Shown in pieces: positions 54,944 to 64,000 of a stretch of 64,000 nucleotides of DNA (its first letter is position 1; each line of letters starts with the position of its first letter). The translations under genes were made by a program, and so were the position numbers. Source of the DNA: Parcubacteria group bacterium GW2011_GWC1_45_13 (GTDB lineage Bacteria; Patescibacteriota; Minisyncoccia; UBA11713; 2-01-FULL-45-33); assembly GCA_001001285.1 (NCBI GenBank), contig LCKG01000003.1, positions 27,746 to 91,745 of the forward strand. Direction: 5' to 3'. The notes under the pieces were generated by a model that ran no database searches, was not told the origin of the DNA, and was given only the letters and a program-made list of their open reading frames with translations.

Positions 54944-55753
54944 ATGGACTTAGGGCTGAAGAATAAAGTAGTTTTAATAACCGGGGCTTCTGGCGGAATA
55001 GGTCAAGCAACAGCTCAAATGTTTTCAGAAGAAGGCACCAAAGTCGCTCTATGTTTTCATGCAAATAAAAAAGGGGCGGAAAAATTAGCCGGTAAACTTC
55101 CGGGCGAATATATTCTTATTGAATGCGATGTTTCCAATGAGGCGGACATGGAGAAAGCGTTTGGCAATGTTGTAAAAAAATTCGGTAAAGTGGATATAGT
55201 CATTGCCAACGCTGGCATTGCTATTCCGAAGGAAGCGCCAATATATGAGATGGAAAGCGCGCGTTTTGATGAAGTAATTTCCAAAAATTTAAAAGGAGCG
55301 TGGCTTACGGCGAAAGAATTTTTTAAAGTTTTGAAACAAACTAGGCCGGAATCAGCATCGCTGATTTTTGTAAGTTCAACCTCAGGTATTTTTGGAGAGG
55401 AGGGCCATTCGGAGTATTCAGCGTCCAAAGCGGCGCTTATTGGTTTAACTAAGACTTTAAAAAATGAACTTGTGCGTATTGTGCCCATGGGGCGGGTAAA
55501 TGCTGTCGCTCCCGGGTGGGTATGGACTCCTATGACTGAACAATTTATTTCTGATAAGGAAGCCGTATTAGAAGCGCTTCAAACTAAAGCGTTAAGAAGA
55601 ATCGGCCGACCAAACGAAATTGCTTCCGTTATCGTTGCTTTGGCATCCGATAAAATATTCAGCCATGTTACGGGTCAAATAATCGCCATAGATGGCGGTA
55701 TGGATGGGCGGATTATTTGGACCCCTGATGATATAGATTTAGATAAAGCTTAA
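54944..55753 (+). CDS. SDR-family oxidoreductase (3-oxoacyl-ACP reductase-like)
   Basis: TGASGGIGQA Rossmann motif and catalytic YSASK. Confidence 0.8.
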   Translation: MDLGLKNKVVLITGASGGIGQATAQMFSEEGTKVALCFHANKKGAEKLAGKLPGEYILIECDVSNEADMEKAFGNVVKKFGKVDIVIANAGIAIPKEAPIYEMESARFDEVISKNLKGAWLTAKEFFKVLKQTRPESASLIFVSSTSGIFGEEGHSEYSASKAALIGLTKTLKNELVRIVPMGRVNAVAPGWVWTPMTEQFISDKEAVLEALQTKALRRIGRPNEIASVIVALASDKIFSHVTGQIIAIDGGMDGRIIWTPDDIDLDKA

Positions 55754-55754
55754 A

Positions 55755-55970
55755 TTATCTTGTTGTGTAAGGAACGAGCCCTAAATAGCGGGCGCGTTTG
55801 ATGGCTTCGGAAAGTTTTCGCTGGTGCAAAGAGCAGACGCCCGTCCTCCGGCGGCGCGTTATCGGACCCTGCGGAGTCATAAATTTTCTTAGTATTTGTG
55901 AGTCCTTATAATCAACAACTTTTATATTGGCTGCGCAAAAGTAGCATTGTTTTGATTTTGTATTCGGCAT
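55755..55970 (-). CDS. rpsR: 30S ribosomal protein S18
   Basis: CYFCAANIKVVDYKD…ITRRRRTGVCSLHQRKLSEAIKRARYLGL. Confidence 0.9.
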   Translation of the reverse strand: MPNTKSKQCYFCAANIKVVDYKDSQILRKFMTPQGPITRRRRTGVCSLHQRKLSEAIKRARYLGLVPYTTR

Positions 55971-55973
55971 AAT

Positions 55974-56420
55974 TTAAAAAGGGATATCCTCCGGCTTAAT
56001 TTCGTCTTCGGGGTATTCCACAGTGGCCAAGATTTCCGGAGCCTCTTCCTCCTGCTTTGCCGGACTTTCAGCGGAAGGCGCGCGGTTTCCTCCTCCGCGC
56101 GGACCCATCTGCATGGCTTCGGCGACTATTTCGGTTCTTTGTTTTTTCTGGCCGTCTTGGCCTTGCCAGGACCTTGTTTGAATTCGGCCCTCAACCATAA
56201 TCATGCTTCCTTTTGTCAGATATTGTTTGGTAATTTCCGCCAGGCGCCCAAACATCACGATATTGTGAAATTCCACCTGCTTTTGTTGTGAGCCGTCTTT
56301 CCCTTTCCACATTCTGTTGGTGGCCAATCCGAAATTTACAACCGCCTGCCCAGAGGGCAGTGAGCGCAGTTCTGGATCGCGGGTCAAATTTCCTATTAAA
56401 AATACTTTATTTAGATTCAT
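55974..56420 (-). CDS. ssb: Single-stranded DNA-binding protein
   Basis: OB-fold with a Gly/Gln-rich linker and the acidic tail …EDIPF. Confidence 0.9.
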   Translation of the reverse strand: MNLNKVFLIGNLTRDPELRSLPSGQAVVNFGLATNRMWKGKDGSQQKQVEFHNIVMFGRLAEITKQYLTKGSMIMVEGRIQTRSWQGQDGQKKQRTEIVAEAMQMGPRGGGNRAPSAESPAKQEEEAPEILATVEYPEDEIKPEDIPF

Positions 56421-56433
56421 ATTCTATTTCTAA

Positions 56434-56904
56434 TTATTTTCCTAAAATCTCTTCTAATTTTTTATCAATCTCCTCAATGTTGGCGGCTGATTCTAAAACT
56501 GGTTGTTTAATTTCCGGAGCTTGCGGCGCGTTTTTTGCATTATACTTCAAAGCCGGCCTTTCCGGAATGATTTTGCCTATTCGTGGAGCGCGGGCTACAT
56601 GCGGAGACTGGCGCTTGGTATGCACGGCCAAATATCTTAAAACTTGCGGAACAATAAGTTTTGTTTCAAATTCGCGTATCTTTTCGGAGGCCAATAAAAA
56701 TCTGAAACTGGCGAGGTACGCCTCCAGCATTTTTTTAATCGGATAGGAAAGCCTGCGCTTTAAAACACCGCCTTCATTATCAATGAGTCCGCCCAAGCTC
56801 TTTATCTCGTTTTTTAGTGATTGCTGAAAAGCCTGGGCCTCTTCTTCCGAATAGGCTGGGCTTATCAGATAAGTTATTTCGTATAATTTTTGGTCTTTGC
56901 CCAT
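56434..56904 (-). CDS. rpsF: 30S ribosomal protein S6 (with C-terminal extension)
   Basis: YEITYLISP…GGLIDNEGGVLKRRLSYPIKK. Forms the rpsF-ssb-rpsR operon. Confidence 0.85.
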   Translation of the reverse strand: MGKDQKLYEITYLISPAYSEEEAQAFQQSLKNEIKSLGGLIDNEGGVLKRRLSYPIKKMLEAYLASFRFLLASEKIREFETKLIVPQVLRYLAVHTKRQSPHVARAPRIGKIIPERPALKYNAKNAPQAPEIKQPVLESAANIEEIDKKLEEILGK

Positions 56905-56924
56905 CGGATTTTATATTAACATAT

Positions 56925-57971
56925 CTATATTTTAAACTCAATGACATCGCCATCTTTCACTATATAATCTTTGCCTTGGGAGCCTAGCCAGCCTAATTCC
57001 CGAGCTTTTGTCCATGAGCTCGCTTCCATAAGCTTTTCCCAAAATACAACATCGGCACGGATAAAGTTTTCCTCAAAATCGCTGTGAATGGCGCGCCCGG
57101 CACGTTTGGCGGTTGAACCTTGAGGAATGGTCCATGCGCGCGTTTCTTCCTCGCCGGCCCCGACGTTCTGTCGGGGCGCCGACTTCGTTATTTCTTTTAT
57201 ATAGTGCGTCGGCGTGGTAAAAAATGTAATCAATCCTAAAAGTTCGTACGCGGCTTTTATGAGTTTCGGAAGTTGTGGTTCAATACTCAGCTCTTTTCTC
57301 TCTTCTTCGGACATCGCTGAAACATCGTTTTCTTGGGCAATATCTAGTACCACAGAATTTGGAAATCGGAAGTCAGAGGTTAGATTGCTTGTTGCTGAAA
57401 CATTGAAAACGTAAATGGTGGGTTTAAAAGATAAAAGCTGGTATTGTTTGGCCACGCCGGAAGGTATTTTTTCAAAATTCTCTAACGCGCTGACAAGTTC
57501 GGCGGCCTCTTTTTTCCCGCTTTTTGCGTCTGTTTGCGCCTTTTCTTTAATTTTTGCCACCGTCTCCAAATCTTTCAAAGCCAGCTCCGTTTTTATGGTT
57601 TCAATGTCGGAAAGGGGATTGGGTTTTCCGGAGACATGGATAATATTTTCATTTTCAAAAGCGCGGACAATATGGCAGATAGCATCCACTTCGCGTATAT
57701 GCGATAAAAATTTGTTTCCAAGCCCCTCGCCTTCCGCGGCGCCCTTAACTAGTCCCGCAATATCCACAAATTCAATTACGGCAGGCACGATTTTTTTGGA
57801 CTTAGAAAGTTTGGCCAATTTATCCAATCTTTCGTCAGGCACCTGAACCACGCCCACATTGGGGTCAATGGTGGCAAAAGGGTAGTTGGAAGTATCTACC
57901 TGTTTTTTAGTAAGCGCCTGAAAAAGCGTTGATTTTCCGACATTTGGTAGGCCGACTATGCCCATCTTCAT
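56925..57971 (-). CDS. ychF: Ribosome-binding ATPase YchF (Obg-family)
   Basis: GIVGLPNVGKSTLF plus a C-terminal TGS domain. Contains an in-frame hairpin insert (57158..57176). Confidence 0.9.
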   Translation of the reverse strand: MKMGIVGLPNVGKSTLFQALTKKQVDTSNYPFATIDPNVGVVQVPDERLDKLAKLSKSKKIVPAVIEFVDIAGLVKGAAEGEGLGNKFLSHIREVDAICHIVRAFENENIIHVSGKPNPLSDIETIKTELALKDLETVAKIKEKAQTDAKSGKKEAAELVSALENFEKIPSGVAKQYQLLSFKPTIYVFNVSATSNLTSDFRFPNSVVLDIAQENDVSAMSEEERKELSIEPQLPKLIKAAYELLGLITFFTTPTHYIKEITKSAPRQNVGAGEEETRAWTIPQGSTAKRAGRAIHSDFEENFIRADVVFWEKLMEASSWTKARELGWLGSQGKDYIVKDGDVIEFKI

Positions 57972-58007
57972 GCTCGTTATATTATCACAACTGCGTTAAA
58001 AACTGAA

Positions 58008-58043
58008 GTGCAGATTTGACAGCTATAGCGTTCAAACTTGCAC
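58008..58043 (+). promoter_or_regulatory. 36-bp imperfect palindrome GTGCAGATTTGACAGCTATAGCGTTCAAACTTGCAC (copy L)
   Basis: A direct, slightly diverged copy lies at 58669..58704. The pair brackets the PaaX-like paralog 2 gene, and copy L is also 37 nt upstream of ychF. Confidence 0.55.
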
Positions 58044-58066
58044 ACGGATTTTATAAGCCATATTCA

Positions 58067-58633
58067 TTATAAATTAAACAGTTTTTTCATATGCAGTTCG
58101 TTATCAATTTCGTTAGCCGTAACGAATCTGACATAAGGCCTTACATTAAAAAACTCTATTATAAAATCAACTTCGTCTTTACATTCGAATGGATGAACAA
58201 ATACGCTTTTTTGGAATTTTATAAATCCGGCGTTTTTTAGCACTCTGGCAAAAGCGTCTCTAGCCCTTTTCATATTTTCCGGTATATCAAAAAGAACTAT
58301 GCGCCATTTTTTGTCCCACTTTTTCATTGGCTGTATTTTTAATTCATCAATTTGGTAAGTTAGAACTTTCTTTTTGCCGCGCTCGGTTAAAATAAGTGTT
58401 GTTGCGCCGTTTACGTTATCCACAACGTCTATGAGGCGAGAGCGGTACAAGCTTTTTATGGCATTGTAAAGCGCACGTCGTTCGATATTCTTCCATTCTT
58501 TTCCGATCATTCTTATAATTTTAAAGTATCGCTGCGGTGAATGCGTAAGCCCGAGCGCCAAACCGCCCCAGAGCAAAAGCATCACTTTTTGAGCAGTTGG
58601 GCCTATTCGCGGTTCTGAATAACGTTTTCGCAT
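58067..58633 (-). CDS. PaaX-like transcriptional regulator family protein (paralog 2)
   Basis: wHTH (RALYNAIKSLYRSRLIDV) plus KKWDKKWRIVLFDIPENMKRARDAFARVLKNAGFIKFQKSVFVHP. Confidence 0.65.
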   Translation of the reverse strand: MRKRYSEPRIGPTAQKVMLLLWGGLALGLTHSPQRYFKIIRMIGKEWKNIERRALYNAIKSLYRSRLIDVVDNVNGATTLILTERGKKKVLTYQIDELKIQPMKKWDKKWRIVLFDIPENMKRARDAFARVLKNAGFIKFQKSVFVHPFECKDEVDFIIEFFNVRPYVRFVTANEIDNELHMKKLFNL

Positions 58634-58668
58634 TGATGTGATGTTATGATAGCGCGTGTTATTTGTTA

Positions 58669-58704
58669 GTGCAAGTTTGACAGCTATCGCTGTGAAATCT
58701 GCAC
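58669..58704 (+). promoter_or_regulatory. 36-bp imperfect palindrome GTGCAAGTTTGACAGCTATCGCTGTGAAATCTGCAC (copy R)
   Basis: 36 nt upstream of the PaaX-like paralog 2 start codon. Geometry (two half-sites about 26 bp apart) resembles known PaaX operators. Confidence 0.55.
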
Positions 58705-58771
58705 TAGGATTTTGGTTTGTAAATAAAAAAACCGCCGAGATGCGCTGTCCTAGGCAGAGTCTGGCGGTGTT

Positions 58772-59017
58772 TTACGATGGGCGCGATTCCTTATGCGCCG
58801 CTTGAATTGCTTTAATCAATTGCTTTATTTCCGGATTATCGCGGTAAGCTGTCTTATTAGGATCTTGGACTTCTCTTCGCCGCCAAGGATGGCCTAGATG
58901 TATGGTGGCCGCGATGTTGTTTTCTACAACAGTAATTGAGACACGGTTATGTTCTGTGTCAGAACATACTATAATCTTCCCGCCGGAACTGCTTTGAATA
59001 ATGGTATTGGTACTCAT
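58772..59017 (-). CDS. Hypothetical protein
   Basis: 81-aa ORF with no motif. Confidence 0.4.
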   Translation of the reverse strand: MSTNTIIQSSSGGKIIVCSDTEHNRVSITVVENNIAATIHLGHPWRRREVQDPNKTAYRDNPEIKQLIKAIQAAHKESRPS

Positions 59018-59102
59018 AACAACTTACCTCCTATGGTTAGGATATCATGCCATAGTTGTTTGTCAAGTATCTGAAAATAGAGCTAAATTATAGAATAAGG
59101 TA

Positions 59103-60338
59103 ATGCATAAAATTGCGCAAAAATCGTGGAGCGAGGAGATTTTTAGAGCATATGATATTCGGGGGCTTTATCCCACAGAAATAAATGAAGACGCGGTGTA
59201 TAAGATCGCGCGGGCGTTTGCGAGATATTTAAGAATTGGCAATGCGGAGGGCGGTATTTTGAAAGTAGTGATTAGCACTGATGCCCGGGCGTCCTCGCCC
59301 GCGCTTAAGGAAGCGTTTTTAGACGGCCTTTTGGATGAAGGCGCGGAAATTATTGATGCTGGTCTGACTACCACCCCGATGCATTATTTTATTGTAAATA
59401 CAACAGAAGCAGACGGGGGCGCGATGATTACGGCTTCCCATAATCCGCCCGGATTTAACGGAGTTAAGCTTTCTAAAAAGGGGGCGGTATCAATCGGGTC
59501 GGGCGCGGGGATGGAGGAGGTAAAAAATGATGCCATGAGAGGTATTTTTCAGACTTTGGCCTTGGAAAACCGCGGGAATATAACCAAAAAAGATTTTTCG
59601 GATGACTATATTAAATTCCTGGTCGGCCATTTCCCGAATTTAAAATCTTATATCGCAAAATTCGTGGCTGGCGAAAAAATTCCCGGAATATCTTTTGATT
59701 TTGACGGCGATCGAGTTAAATTCCGCGACGAAAACGGAAAAGCGGTGCCGGGAGACATAATTACGGCACTCTTAACGCGAAAATACGCCAAACCCGGAGA
59801 GAAAATTATCTATGATGTTCCTTCAAGCAATGTGGTAAAAGAAGAAGTTGAAAATAACGGTGGGCAGGCGATTGAAAGCCGGGTAGGACATTCGTTTATT
59901 AAGGCGTTGATGAAAAAAGAGAACGCGGTTTTCGGCGGGGAGCTCTCCGGGCATTATTATTTTCGCGGTTTTTTCTATTCGGATTCCGGCATTTTTGCCG
60001 CGCTGGCTATTCTGGATTTGCTGAAGACGGCAAAAAAAACTTTAAGCGAGCTGATCAAACCACTTTTGCGATATGCCAAATCTGAAGAGATAAGTTTTGT
60101 TATTAAAGATAAGGAAAAAATAATGGACAAAATAGCGTCATATTTTCCGGACCTGTCTGCTGACAAGGCAGGCGCCAGAGTTTCTTACCTGGACGGGATT
60201 AAAGTTGAATATCATGACTGGTGGTTTAATTTGCGTTCGTCCAACACCGAGAACTTGCTGCGCTTAAATATTGAGGCCTCAAATCCCGAACTCTTGGAAG
60301 AAAAAAAGAAAATCCTTTCCGATTTAATGAGCCAATAA
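59103..60338 (+). CDS. Phosphomannomutase/phosphoglucomutase (alpha-D-phosphohexomutase)
   Basis: Active-site loop TASHNPPGFNGVK, metal-binding DFDGDR and sugar-binding GGELSGH. Confidence 0.85.
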   Translation: MHKIAQKSWSEEIFRAYDIRGLYPTEINEDAVYKIARAFARYLRIGNAEGGILKVVISTDARASSPALKEAFLDGLLDEGAEIIDAGLTTTPMHYFIVNTTEADGGAMITASHNPPGFNGVKLSKKGAVSIGSGAGMEEVKNDAMRGIFQTLALENRGNITKKDFSDDYIKFLVGHFPNLKSYIAKFVAGEKIPGISFDFDGDRVKFRDENGKAVPGDIITALLTRKYAKPGEKIIYDVPSSNVVKEEVENNGGQAIESRVGHSFIKALMKKENAVFGGELSGHYYFRGFFYSDSGIFAALAILDLLKTAKKTLSELIKPLLRYAKSEEISFVIKDKEKIMDKIASYFPDLSADKAGARVSYLDGIKVEYHDWWFNLRSSNTENLLRLNIEASNPELLEEKKKILSDLMSQ

Positions 60339-61481
60339 TCCCACTTTTTGGCGCACTGCGTGCATGGTCAGCGCGGCGGCGTCTCGGGCTCTGTCGGCGC
60401 CGTTTCTAAGGATTTTTAAAACACTTTCGCTGTCTTTGGTCAGCGCTTTGTATTTTATCTGGATTGGGGAGAGGGCTACAACCAGCGCGTCCGCTAAATC
60501 CGATTTAAATTCCGCGTAGGTCTTGCCAGCATATTTTTTTTCAAGCCCCGGAACAGGTATATCCGCCATCTGGCTGAAAATAATCAGTAAATTAGAAATC
60601 GCGGGCTTTGTTTTCGGATAAAATTTTATTTCTTTGCCGGAATCTGTCACGGCGATTTTAATTTTGCGCCGGATTTCTTCTTCGCTATCCAGAATCCCAA
60701 TGTAATTATTTGCGCTAGTCGCAGACTTGGACATTTTTTTTATTGGATCATCCAACCCCATAATTCGCGCGCCTTCTTTTTGAATAAGTGCTTTCGGCTC
60801 TTTGAAAGTCTCGCCGAAGCGCGTATTGAATTTTCTTGCAACCATCCGCGCGAATTCCAGATGTTGCAGTTGGTCTTCGCCGACGGGCACAGCATCTGGA
60901 TTATAAAGCAAAATATCCGCCGCCATAAGAGTTGGATAGTTAAGAAGCCCGGCAGTAGTACGGCCTCTATTTTTCAGCTCTTCTAATATTTCTGAAAGAG
61001 TAGTGGTAATATCAATTTTAATTTCTTTAATTTCTTTGATTGAACCTTCTGAACGTTCAATGGCTTTATATTTAGCATTTTCTAAGCGTATCAACTGTTC
61101 TAAATCGAATAAAGAATTTTTATCAATTTTCGCTTTATCTTTAAACTGAGTCATTCTTTCAAGTTCGCCCAGCGGGGTTATCGTATTTAAAATCCAGCCG
61201 AGTTCGGTGTGCTGGGGAACGTGCGATTGTATAAAAATCGTGGTTTTTTCTGGGTCAAGCCCGCAGGCGAGGTAAGTGTAAACGGCGTCCAGCGTTTGAG
61301 CTTGAAGTTTTTCGGGGTCCTGCGGGACGGTTATGGCGTGCAGATCGGCTACAAAAACAAACATTTTATATTTGTCCTGCAATTCAACAAATTGTTTTAT
61401 TGCGCCGATATAGTTTCCGATATGTAGATTCCCGGATGCTTGTATCCCGCTTACGGCAATTTGTTTATTTGGCCCTGCCAT
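60324..61481 (-). CDS. trpS: Tryptophan--tRNA ligase
   Basis: HIGNYIG (HIGH-type) and KMSKS. About 385 aa with an inserted helical segment. Confidence 0.88.
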   Translation of the reverse strand: MAGPNKQIAVSGIQASGNLHIGNYIGAIKQFVELQDKYKMFVFVADLHAITVPQDPEKLQAQTLDAVYTYLACGLDPEKTTIFIQSHVPQHTELGWILNTITPLGELERMTQFKDKAKIDKNSLFDLEQLIRLENAKYKAIERSEGSIKEIKEIKIDITTTLSEILEELKNRGRTTAGLLNYPTLMAADILLYNPDAVPVGEDQLQHLEFARMVARKFNTRFGETFKEPKALIQKEGARIMGLDDPIKKMSKSATSANNYIGILDSEEEIRRKIKIAVTDSGKEIKFYPKTKPAISNLLIIFSQMADIPVPGLEKKYAGKTYAEFKSDLADALVVALSPIQIKYKALTKDSESVLKILRNGADRARDAAALTMHAVRQKVGLLAH

Positions 61482-61488
61482 TTTCCAA

Positions 61489-63162
61489 TTATACCTCAAT
61501 AATTACCGGAAGCACCATTGGGCGGCGGTTGGTTTTTTGAAATAGATACGAGCCGAGCCGTTCGCGAACGTTATCGCGGACATGGGTGTAATTTATAGGA
61601 TGCATTTTATTTGTGGATTCTTCCACCACGCGCTTTACTAAATGTCGCGTGTGCGCAAGGAGCTCATGAGATTCTTTGAGATAAATGAACCCGCGCGAGA
61701 TTATGTCGGGCGAACCTTTTACTTGCCCGGTTTTTGAATCAACTGCCGCGATAACAACAAAAATTCCGTCTTGTGAGAGCATCCTGCGATCTCTCAAGAC
61801 CACTTCTTGTACGTCTCCTACGCCGAGGCCGTCCACCATAACGTAAAAAGCGTCAACGGTTTTGTCGGTGATGATCACGCTGTTTTTGCCGAGTTCCGCG
61901 ATCTGGCCGTTGTCCATTAGAATGATTCGCTCTTTACCGATACCTATTTGCTTCATGTTTTGAATATTGGCAGCGCGCTTGAAATAGAAGCCGTGAATTG
62001 GAATAATAAATTTCGGCTTGCAAATTTTTGCAACCATCGCCAAATCATCTCCCGGGGCGTGGCCGGATGAATGGATGTCAAGGTCATTATTCGTAATGAC
62101 AATCGCTCCCTGGCGCGTGAAGTTATCTTTGAGCGTTTGCACGCCGCGCTCGTTGCCGGGAATTACCGAGGAAGAAAACATAATCGTGTCGCCGAGCTTG
62201 ATGTGGATATGCTTGTGTTCGCTGTTCGCTATGCGCATTAGCCCGGAATTTTCCTGCCCCTGGGCGCCGGTTGATAGGATAAGTATTTTATCGTCTTTGT
62301 ATTTATTTATTTCTTCAACCTGAATCAGCGTTCCGGGTTTGTATTTGATATAGCCGAGGTTTCTCGCGATTTCAAGATTGTCTTTCATGCTCCGTCCGTT
62401 GATGACGACTTTGCGCCCGATTTTTTCCGCTATTTTTACAATTTCGGCCATACGGGTAATCATTGAAGAAAATGTTGAAAGGATAATCCGACCCTTGGCT
62501 TCGCGGAAACTTGCTTCAAGATTGGCTTCAACTGTTCTCTCCGAAACCGAATGGCCGCTAAAATCCGCGTTGGTGCTGTCTAAAAACAGTGTGTGGACAC
62601 CGAGCCCGGAGAGTCGCTCAAACTCCCGGAGATTTTGGACGGTGTCCTCCTGGTCATAATCTAACCGGAAGTCGGCGAAATGAACCATGATTCCAGCGGG
62701 CGTATGCAGCGCAACTCCGGTTGTGTCAGGAACGGTGTGGCTTACACCGAAAAACTCTGCGGTAAAATGCTCAGAAAGTTTAACCTTATCGTGGCTTTTT
62801 ATTTCTATAAAGCGCATTTTTGGGACGTTTGGCATCTCGCTCAAGCGTTTTTGAATAATTTCTCTGATGAGCCGCGTGCCGTAGATAGGCGGATTGCCGA
62901 GCCGCTCCAAAACGTAAGGAATGGCGCCGAAATGGTCGTAGTGCCCATGAGTTATCAAAAGCGCTCTGATATTTTTCTTTTTTTTCTCAAGATATTTTGT
63001 GTTTGGGATAATCCAATCCACGCCCGGGGTTTCTTCTTCGGGGAATTGTATACCCATATCAATGATTACAATTTCATCATTGTATTCAAAAAACGAGCAG
63101 TTGCGGCCGACTTCCTCCAATCCTCCCAAAGGAACATAGTAAACCGTGTCGCGTTTCAAGGC
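61489..63162 (-). CDS. rnj: Ribonuclease J (metallo-beta-lactamase/beta-CASP)
   Basis: …VPLGGLEEVGRNCS…LITHGHYDHFGAIPY…HSSGHA. The ORF-track N-terminal extension to 63363 is GC-rich and non-conserved and is treated as leader. Start is uncertain (TTG/CTG candidates). Confidence 0.8.
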   Translation of the reverse strand, partial: ALKRDTVYYVPLGGLEEVGRNCSFFEYNDEIVIIDMGIQFPEEETPGVDWIIPNTKYLEKKKKNIRALLITHGHYDHFGAIPYVLERLGNPPIYGTRLIREIIQKRLSEMPNVPKMRFIEIKSHDKVKLSEHFTAEFFGVSHTVPDTTGVALHTPAGIMVHFADFRLDYDQEDTVQNLREFERLSGLGVHTLFLDSTNADFSGHSVSERTVEANLEASFREAKGRIILSTFSSMITRMAEIVKIAEKIGRKVVINGRSMKDNLEIARNLGYIKYKPGTLIQVEEINKYKDDKILILSTGAQGQENSGLMRIANSEHKHIHIKLGDTIMFSSSVIPGNERGVQTLKDNFTRQGAIVITNNDLDIHSSGHAPGDDLAMVAKICKPKFIIPIHGFYFKRAANIQNMKQIGIGKERIILMDNGQIAELGKNSVIITDKTVDAFYVMVDGLGVGDVQEVVLRDRRMLSQDGIFVVIAAVDSKTGQVKGSPDIISRGFIYLKESHELLAHTRHLVKRVVEESTNKMHPINYTHVRDNVRERLGSYLFQKTNRRPMVLPVIIEV

Positions 63163-63406
63163 CTTGGAGTGGCCATGCGGTTCGTGGCCGGTCAGCGATC
63201 CCTCTTTATAAAATTTGCGGTCGGAGGCCGCGTTGTGGCGCGGAGCCGAGTGCTGGCGGCGGTCCGAATGGCCCCGCCCCGGCGGGCCAGCCTCGCCGAG
63301 TCTAGGCGGGTCATTTAATGTCCTGATTCTCGGTCTTTGATTGTGTTCTTGTCTCGGCGGCATATTTTTTATTTAATTTCTAATAATATTAAGTTGATAA
63401 TAAGTT

Positions 63407-63676
63407 TTATCTTTCACGATAAATAAAGTAAAGCACTACAATTGCCAATAGGCCGATGACCGATACCAAATTACTGACTATTACTGGAAAATCGTTAATC
63501 TGAATTCCGTAAAAAAACCATATTATTTTACCGATTAAAAGAATTGTAAAAGTAGCAATAGCTATATTGTGTGCGCTTTTATTTTTTAGTTGTTTCCATG
63601 CTTGCGGGAAATAACTCACTGACATAATGAGTCCTGATATTAACGCCAACCAATATATAATTTCCGCATATATCAT
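63407..63676 (-). CDS. SemiSWEET (PQ-loop) family sugar transporter
   Basis: 89 aa with 3 TM helices and the PQ motif (SYFPQAWKQLKNK). Confidence 0.6.
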   Translation of the reverse strand: MIYAEIIYWLALISGLIMSVSYFPQAWKQLKNKSAHNIAIATFTILLIGKIIWFFYGIQINDFPVIVSNLVSVIGLLAIVVLYFIYRER

Positions 63677-63690
63677 AAATATTTAGTTAA

Positions 63691-63774
63691 TGGGCGAGAG
63701 AGGATTTGAACCTCCACGGGATTGCTCCCACACGGCCCTGAACCGTGCGCGTCTGCCAATTTCGCCACTCGCCC
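63691..63774 (-). tRNA. tRNA-Leu (anticodon CAG), class II with long variable arm
   Basis: Reverse complement: GGGCGAG TG GCGAAATTGGCAGACGC GCACGG-TTCAGGG-CCGTG TGGGAGCAATCCCGT GGAGG-TTCAAAT-CCTCT CTCGCCC A. Confidence 0.85.
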
Positions 63775-63782
63775 GTATTTAA

Positions 63783-64000
63783 ATTTCTTCGTATAAATTT
63801 TTAATTGTTAATAATTCCTGATATTTTTCTGGATGCGCGAGCCAGTCAAGTTTTTTCGGTCCGCCAGCTGGCGGAGTTTTTAAGTTCCAGATCGGATATT
63901 CCGCGCCGTTTTTAATTCCCAGCTCTGGAATATCGCGCTGTTTTAATTTTTTAAGTTCCGGAACGGATTTATAATTTGGATTTTTTTCAAATTCAATATT
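63783..64000 (-). CDS. Hypothetical protein, C-terminal fragment (5' end beyond window)
   Basis: Minus-strand open frame ending …KNLYEEI* at 63783. Unassigned. Confidence 0.35.

Noticed and set aside
63163-63363. Annotating RNase J from the ATG at 63363
   Set aside because: Homology to RNase J begins 67 codons later. The extension is compositionally aberrant, so it is treated as 5' leader pending evidence.
1-64000. CRISPR arrays, rRNA genes, IS elements or transposases, inteins
   Set aside because: No regularly spaced direct repeats, no rRNA-like conserved blocks and no transposase/integrase-like ORFs were found. nrdJ, recA, gyrA and rpoB/C are contiguous with normal lengths.

Overview
This 64-kb window looks like a gene-dense genome fragment from a small-genome bacterium, plausibly of the Candidate Phyla Radiation / Patescibacteria type. 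That placement is an inference from gene content (pseudopilins, a SemiSWEET transporter, many GIY-YIG mini-genes, short intergenic spacers).

Syntenic core:
- Housekeeping genes: gyrA, class II ribonucleotide reductase nrdJ, murJ, lepA, prfB (with the programmed +1 frameshift), ftsE/ftsX, typA, secF, rpoB-rpoC, pheA, ftsK, recA, rpsF-ssb-rpsR, ychF, trpS and rnj.
- RNA genes: four tRNAs (Gly-CCC, Thr-CGT, Gln-CTG, Leu-CAG) and an RNase P RNA (type A) that the ORF track covers with spurious ORFs.

AT-rich accessory islands interrupt this core:
1. About 8.1-11.7 kb: a Type II restriction-modification-like module. Its methyltransferase is translationally fused to a complete LexA repressor (wHTH plus S24 autopeptidase with Ala-Gly site, Ser and Lys). 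It lies next to a putative PD-(D/E)xK endonuclease, an ArsR-family regulator flanked by an identical 26-bp palindromic repeat, and a divergent unknown gene. This is the most unusual system in the window.
2. About 29.8-31.2 kb: a DinJ/YafQ toxin-antitoxin pair and a GNAT gene, each bounded by copies of a composite repeat (cassette-like).
3. About 34.6-35.5 kb: two GIY-YIG (YhbQ-like) mini-genes, an intact tRNA-Gln embedded in a perfect 14-bp inverted repeat, degenerate tRNA-Gln halves and a 41-nt direct repeat.

Other notable points:
- four same-strand perfect DnaA boxes;
- recurrent in-frame CCCCGAC-N5-GTCGGGG hairpins inside rpoB and ychF, and a GACGTC palindrome inserted in lepA;
- a duplicated ftsK promoter/5' end grafted onto a PaaX-like regulator gene;
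- a second PaaX-like paralog flanked by 36-bp palindromic direct repeats;
- a frameshift inside a roughly 1200-aa surface protein gene.

No CRISPR array, rRNA, or IS element/integrase was recognised (the cassette repeats at 29.8-31.2 kb are the only mobile-like feature).
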